This document shows, piece by piece, positions 39,991 through 64,000 of a stretch of DNA of 64,000 nt. The number at the start of each line of letters is the position of its first letter. The first letter of the stretch is position 1. The translations under genes were made by a program, and so were the position numbers. The stretch is from assembly GCF_009914755.1 (NCBI RefSeq), contig NC_060925.1. One strand, written 5' to 3'. This stretch comes from the human T2T-CHM13v2.0 reference genome, Homo sapiens. The notes below the pieces were generated by a model. That model did not search any database, was not told the origin of the DNA, and worked only from the letters and a program-made list of their open reading frames with translations.

Positions 39991-41428
39991 TTGAGATGGG
40001 GTCTTACTCTGTCCTTGCTCAGACTGGAGTGCAGATGGCTCACTGCAGCCTCGACCTCCTGGGCTCAGGTGATCCTCTCACATCAGCCTTCCAAGTAGCT
40101 GGGACTACAGGCATGCACCACCACACCCAGCTAATTTTTGTATTTTTTGTAGAGACAGGGGTTTTACTATGTTGCCCAGGGTGGTCTCGAACTCCTGGCA
40201 CACTGCAACCTCCGCCTGCCAGGTTCAAGTGATTCTCCTGCCTCAGCCTCCTGAGTAGCCGGGATTACAGGCATCCACCACCACACCAGGCTAATTTTGT
40301 ATTTTTAGTAGAGACGGGGTTTCTCCGTATTAGTCAGACTGGTCTCAAACTCCCGACCTCAGGTGATTCGCCTGCCTTGGCCTCCCAAAGTGCTGGGATT
40401 ACAGGTGTGAGCCACCGTACCCGGCCGGCTGGGATATTATTTAAACTTGTAGAGGAGCTGAAGGACTGCCTGCCTTCAGCCACTTCTCCCCAAGCAGGGG
40501 TCTTGAATCTGAGTTGGTAAGTGTGAGGAGTGGCAGTGAACATTCCCTGGTGAGGGCCTGGCCCCTTTCACTCCATGCTTTGGCTTAGAAAATCCTCAAA
40601 CTCCATCTAGAGAGCAACAACTCAACAAGCACCCCCACATGGCATGTCCAGACTGCACTCCCTGTTCCCATGCAGTTGGCTCTGGCCTCTTGAGGCAGGA
40701 AGCCCTGGCTGGCTGGGATCTGTCTGGAGGCCTGGCATGAGTACTGAGCTGTGTGCCACAAAGTCTGCCACACAGACCAACCAACAAACCATTGAATTTG
40801 AAAGCACTTTGTACACTGTGAAGTGCTGTGCAGATGTGAGAGACATGAGTTAGGATACAGTGCTGCTGAATTCAGAGTCCAGAGAGGTGATGAGACTAGA
40901 ACTTGGGCAGTGCCTGCAGGGATGGAGAGGGAGCAAACAGGCAATTAATTCAGAAGGCCTAGAGTGGAACATACTTGATATTTGATTATGCTGTGGCCAA
41001 CAATTGGTAAGAAATCCTAAGATGTCTAGGTCCCTGCATCCTTCTCCGGCCAGAACACACATTTCTTACAGGTTTAGAATCTCAGAGCTGAAAGAAATAA
41101 TAATTAATTGATTAACTTAACAAAAACTCACCAGATGCCTGCTCTAGTGTAAGCACTGGGCGTGACGATCGTGAAGTATGACCTAACTCCCATAGCAGAA
41201 TCTCCTGCTCCACCACCCAATAACTCTGGGATCAACAAGTCACTTACCTCTTCTAAGGCTCAGTTTACCTGTCTGTTAAATGGGAATAATGTAAAATAAT
41301 AATAATACCTCCATCATAGGATTGTTCTGAGGATTAAATAATAACTAACTTATATATGGTACTTAGTATATGTCAGACATTGTTCTAGGTGTTTACATAC
41401 GTAAATTCATTTAATCCTCACAAGAAAA

Positions 41429-43779
<2,351 letters not shown>

Positions 43780-45563
43780 TCATTCCTTTAGAAGCTGATG
43801 GGATTTGTCTCCTCTGCCCAGGAGTCTTCTGAGGTCTTGAGAGTGCTCTTCTCTCCTCACAGAAGCAGGGTCACTGGCAGAGGGAGCCCAGGCTCCAACC
43901 CAGCTCTGCCGCATATTCACTGTGACTTTGGGTAAGTTCTCAGTATCTCTGAGCCCCAATTTCCTCACCTGTAAAATGGGTTCCATACTTAGACCTCCCT
44001 TACAGGATGTTTCCCACTTCAGGAGGCGCCCTGCACACAGTGGGCAGTTAATGAATGTTGCTGTTATTACACCACCCCAGGGCAGCTTCAAGGTCAAAGC
44101 TTGATGCCACTGATGTCTGGAGTCCACTGGGGCCTCCTGGAACCTGATCGGACACCATCATCTTGGGGAGAGTAGGGTCAGCTGCTATTCTTGGAGCTGA
44201 TGGAACCCAGCCGGGTTTCAAGTTCCCTCAGGGAGCCCTGGCCCAGGCAGCTTGGCTGGTCATGTGAGCAGTGAAGTCTGACCTCAGCAAGTTCTCCTGG
44301 ACTCTCCGCATGGCCCCAGCTGGAGGGAACTTGGGCACAGAGCGTGCTACAGGGAGTCCATGTCCTCCTGCAGCTGACCTTAGCCTTTTAGCTCCTGTTC
44401 ATCAGCATCTACTTGGTACCCAAAAGGTCCTCGGGTGCTGTTTGAGGGTCTCCCTGAGACTGCAAAGTGTTTCCAACATCAGGATGTGAGGCAGCCTTGA
44501 GTCATATGAAGAGGGTTTAGGAGACAAGCAGGACTAAGTTCTAATCCCGGCTGCAATACTCATTGGTCTGTGAGTCTTTCTGTAAGCCACTTTGGCTGAG
44601 CCTCAGTTTATTTGAAAAACAGTGAGAATGAAAGTTTCCTGAGATGATTAGAGCATCTGGTACAAAGTAGTTGCTCAATAAATGATCAAAATTTAGACTG
44701 TAATCTCCTAAATGATAAAGACTCTGTCAAATCCAGCCCTGCATCCCCAGCGCCCAACCTAGGGCCACCCAGCCTAGAGGAAGCCCTCAGCGTTGACCAT
44801 ATGAATAATGAATTATGGAGGGCACTGAATGGAAATGCCTTATCTGGCTCCCATCTTTCAGGTTTTGCATACTCACTCCACCCAAATCTCATATAGAGTT
44901 AGTCCCCTCTGCATCAGCCCTGACAGGCGAGCATCTCCTCTCTTCTTGCATATCCCTGTAATAGGAAGTTCACCTCCTCCCAGAGCTTCTCATTCTGCCA
45001 AGTAGAAAATGCTTTCTTCCACTCAGATGTCGATGAACTGAGTTCTGTCTCCTAGCAGCTTCCATCCATTGGGCCTAGTTCTGCTCTCTGGAGCTGTACA
45101 GAACAAGCCTAGTTCTGCTTCCGAAAGATAGCCCTCCAGTGAGTTATTACACAATTTAGAATGTGCCAGGCATCGAGCCAGGCACTGCACTTACTTTATC
45201 TCATTAAACCCTTTAACCCTTACACTAACCCTGAAAAGTAAACATTATCCTTACTCTAGAGATGAGGAAAATGAGGCTCATAGAGGAAACATAACACATT
45301 TGCAGAGAAATTATTTAAATCCAGATTCTTTTCCAAAACGCTACCTTTTCAATGCTCAGTTGATCTACTGGAAGATAGCATTTGTCTCTGAGAGTTTCCC
45401 TTCCCTTCCCTTTCCTTCAATAAAGATTTATTATGTATCTCATCTGTACCAGATCCTGAGCTAGGCACAGGGAATAGAAATGAGACATAATCTATTAGGA
45501 CATAATCTATTGGGACAGGCACTTAACAGCCTGTCCCAAACCATGTGAAAAGGACAGAGACAG

Positions 45564-54306
<8,743 letters not shown>

Positions 54307-55021
54307 ACAAATGTTCTTAAAAGGCACAACCACCACAAAGAACATACTCTCTACGGTACCTGGAATCTGGAAAGAACACTAATTAACACAAACCGTAGGT
54401 CACTCAAAATTGTTCATTCACAGGGACAGTTAAAAAGGCTCAGTTCCAGGGGACAAATGTGTCACAAAGTCCTTGCTTACAAACTCCTAGCTGAAGCTGC
54501 CTTGGGAAGAATCTGCTCCCTCAGCATGATGGGCAGTGCCAGGCGACTACACTGGAGGTGCTAATTTTTAACTGCCAATGTCTCTTCTAGACGATGGCAG
54601 GCTGATGTTTCATCTTCTTCAGCAACCCTGAAGCATAACAGCCTTTAAGCTGTATGTTGCACGTCCCTCTTGATCTCTGTGAATTTACTGAAAGATGTGA
54701 CTCTAAAGGCAAAACGAAGCCCACACCAATGATTATGTAAGTCAGAGGGTGGTAGTTGTGACTATTTAACTGTTCTTAGTTCTTTAAGACCTCAATTACG
54801 TAAACCAAGATACGTTCTGATTTTCAAGCCATCCTAACCAAAATAATAATGATGAAAATGATGACAGCTGATTCCTTTAGGCCCCGGGGCTGCTAATTTT
54901 TCAAACTTCCTGCTATCCTCCCTTCCCTACCACCAATCTCCAGGGCTCTCTAGTTTGCTCCTATTTTTCACAGAGTTGCCAGAGTTTGAAAACTAAGACC
55001 CCCATAAACATGGCTATCTTC

Positions 55022-55109
55022 ACAGAACATCCAGATGAAGGAATATTGACTGTAATAAACATTGTACAGAACACCCAGATAAAGGAATATTGACTGAAAT
55101 AAACATTGT
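55022..55109. repeat. Tandem duplication 2 x 44 bp in the COA7 3' UTR
   Basis: acagaacaYccagatRaaggaatattgactgWaataaacattgt twice, 3 mismatches. Confidence 0.95.
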
Positions 55110-55278
55110 AGGCTATACTCCAGTAGCTGGGGCAATGGATCCATGTAAATGGAGCTACAAATTCAAGTCCCAAGTTTTTTTGCTCCAGCAGGTTGACCTT
55201 CAAGGGCTGCATCAGTCTTCAGAAACAGGAGCTGCCAGCCTCAAGCAGTTTGTTGCCTGGGAGGGAGGGTGGACCACA

Positions 55279-55727
55279 TTACCCAAATGTTAAGGGTTGG
55301 ACACCTTTCTGCTGTTCTCTGTGTAGCTGCTGGGCTCGATTTTTTAGCACCTCGGCCTTGGCCTCATCCTTATCAACACCATCCCCCAGCTTGTACATGC
55401 GACTGGCATTGGCACAGGCCCAGATATGACCCAGGTCACAGGCTTTCATGGAGTATTTACATGCCAGGTCCATGTCCTTGGGAAAGCCTGGGGCACCCTG
55501 CAGGAACATGGCACTGAGGTTGAAGCAACTGGAAGTATAGCCACCATCACAGGCCCTTGTGTAGTAGTCCCTGGCCTTTCCCAAGTCAGGCTGGCCATCC
55601 TCATTAACCTGTCCATCATGTGCCAGGAGGCCAACGTTGTGACATGCTGCTATTGACTTCTTTCCAGGCTTCTCACACGCCATCAAAAAGCACCTGGCGG
55701 CAGCTTTCAGGTCCTGGGTCAGACCAC
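55279..55727 (-). CDS. COA7: COA7 last coding exon (exon 3); SEL1-like repeats, cytochrome c oxidase assembly factor 7
   Basis: Minus-strand acceptor tccttcctctcag|GT; reads (G)[32 protein letters not shown]...[12 protein letters not shown]; 449 nt; Cys-paired SEL1 repeats. Confidence 0.97.
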
Positions 55728-55803
55728 CTGAGAGGAAGGAAAGTAGGAAAAAATAAACCCAAGCCAGGGCACAACCTAAATGTCTCAGGCCAAAGTCAGT
55801 GAA

Positions 55804-59320
<3,517 letters not shown>

Positions 59321-59848
59321 TGTGGTGGTTTTAAATATGTCCATAAGTTCTTTAATATTCCTTCCTCTTCAAGAAGTGGAATTTAAGTCCTTCCCCTTAG
59401 TGTAGGCTACATCTAATAAATATGTGATAGAAATGAAAAGTGTGTGACTTCCAAAGATAGGTCATAGAAGACACTGTGGATTCTATCTTGTTGTCTCCTT
59501 TAAATTACTCACTCTGGGGGAACCCAGACGCCATGTCATGAGGACACTCAAGCAGCCCATGGAGCGAACCATGTCATGACGATCTGAGCTCTCCCAATAA
59601 CAGCTGGTAAGGAACTAGAGGTCTCTGCTACCAGCCATCAGAGTGAGTCATCTTAGAATTGGAAACTCCAACTTCAGTCAAGCCTTCCAATGTCTCCAGC
59701 CCTGGCTCCCTGGCCAATGTCTTGACTATAACCTCATGAGATACCCTGAGGTACCCCCACTAAACCACTCCCAAATTCTTGACCCACAGAAACTATTGAG
59801 GTGAACAAAAATAACTATTTTGTTATTTAGCCATAGATAATGTAAACA
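59321..59848 (+). mobile_element. MLT1 LTR (MLT1F-like, ERVL-MaLR)
   Basis: tgtggtggttttaaatatgtcc...gccatgtcatgaggacactcaagcagccc...cagtcaagcctt...aaattcttgacccacagaaact. Confidence 0.75.
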
Positions 59849-60273
59849 CTATGCCAGTGATAACTACAATTAGAGTACAAGGAGAAAAGACAGAAGGAAG
59901 ACAATAATTACTGACCCCTTACTCTGTGCCAAGCACATGCTGATGCCTTTTCCTATGCTGTCCTACTTAATCCTCACCACCCTACAAAGCAAGTACTATT
60001 TCCCTCCAATTTACAGGTGATGTAACTGAGGCACAGAGTCGAAGTGATTGGCTCAAGGTCCCACTACTTGCCAATAGCATTCCCTAAGGTTTACCTAACT
60101 TGAAAGGCTGTGTTCTTCCCCCCATCACTCTGCTGAACTCCTACCTCTCCATCTTCCTACAATGCACTTTCCCAATGCCTGCGAGACCCTTCTGCAAGAG
60201 CTTATCATGGGGCTCAGGTGTGAGGCCAGCACTGCTATCAATGACAAGGACCCAAAAGGCAGGCCCTCCTTAC

Positions 60274-60414
60274 CTTTTCCAGTCACATAGTAGGCCCCCA
60301 GTTTGTAGCAGCTATCACTGTGCTGGTTCTCTTCACAGTTAAACTTCAACACCTTGGCAGCCTCATCAAAATTCTTCCGGATCCCTTCCAAATAGTCCAC
60401 CAGCCGATAGCAAC
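60274..60414 (-). CDS. COA7: COA7 coding exon 2
   Basis: Minus-strand acceptor cctcttctcgcag|GT and donor AAAG|gtaagg; 141 nt, (G)[46 protein letters not shown](G), in frame with exon 3. Exon 1 is not found in the window. Confidence 0.97.
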
Positions 60415-60841
60415 CTGCGAGAAGAGGGCAAGGGTTGTTCTTCATGTCTGGGGCTGCTGCTCGCAGTGGGGACTTGGGGGTAGGGGGTGCCCAGGTGTGG
60501 CAGGCCAGGTGATGTCTTTTAAGACAGCCCCTGTCCTCCTGATGTGTGGCAAGTTGGCCTTACCACAAAGAATGTAGGTGGTGTTTAGCCATTCCTACAA
60601 ATGGCATTGTCTCCCCACAGCCATGGACTGAGCAATGCATGGCTTGGGGAGACCTCAGCCCCTGCATTGGCTCTACCACTCACCAGCCCTTCTGCTCCCT
60701 GTCAGCCACGCCCAAGTATCCACTGACTTCCATGATTGAAACTTTGCTAGTTTTGGAATCTCTCATGAAGTTAAATGGTAAAACAGTGAAAACCTAAAAG
60801 GCTCATAGGCTAGTCTTTGTAGCAGCAAGAAAAGGGTGCTG

Positions 60842-64000
<3,159 letters not shown>

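Noticed and set aside
60125-60445. 106-aa ORF extending COA7 exon 2 on both sides
   Set aside because: Flanking residues are intronic read-through past clear splice sites at 60414 and 60274.

Overview
Human (primate) genomic DNA, very Alu-rich. I recognise it as the 1p32.3 SHISAL2A (FAM159A)-COA7 locus from the encoded proteins. SHISAL2A is complete on the + strand: a CpG-island promoter and three coding exons (1016-1197, 10386-10525, 24338-24588) that splice in frame to 190 aa. Converging on the - strand are COA7 exons 2 and 3 (60274-60414, 55279-55727); exon 1 lies beyond the window end. The rest is intronic or intergenic, with about 60 Alu copies or fragments, L1 remnants, solo LTRs (LTR8-type, MER21, MST, MLT1), DNA-transposon fossils and microsatellites. 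Nearly all other ORFs in the track are Alu/L1 translations or GC-rich noise. I cannot support a new gene system. The most unusual signals are: a ~208-bp segment copied from 2 kb away into the middle of an Alu, plus other short local copies; a near-perfect 3x132-bp amplification of an ancient MIR; an extremely short SHISAL2A 3' UTR with candidate downstream alternative exons; and an intergenic CpG-retaining patch with an RFX X-box-like motif. Repeat family names and boundaries are by-eye calls from remembered consensus sequences and need RepeatMasker confirmation.
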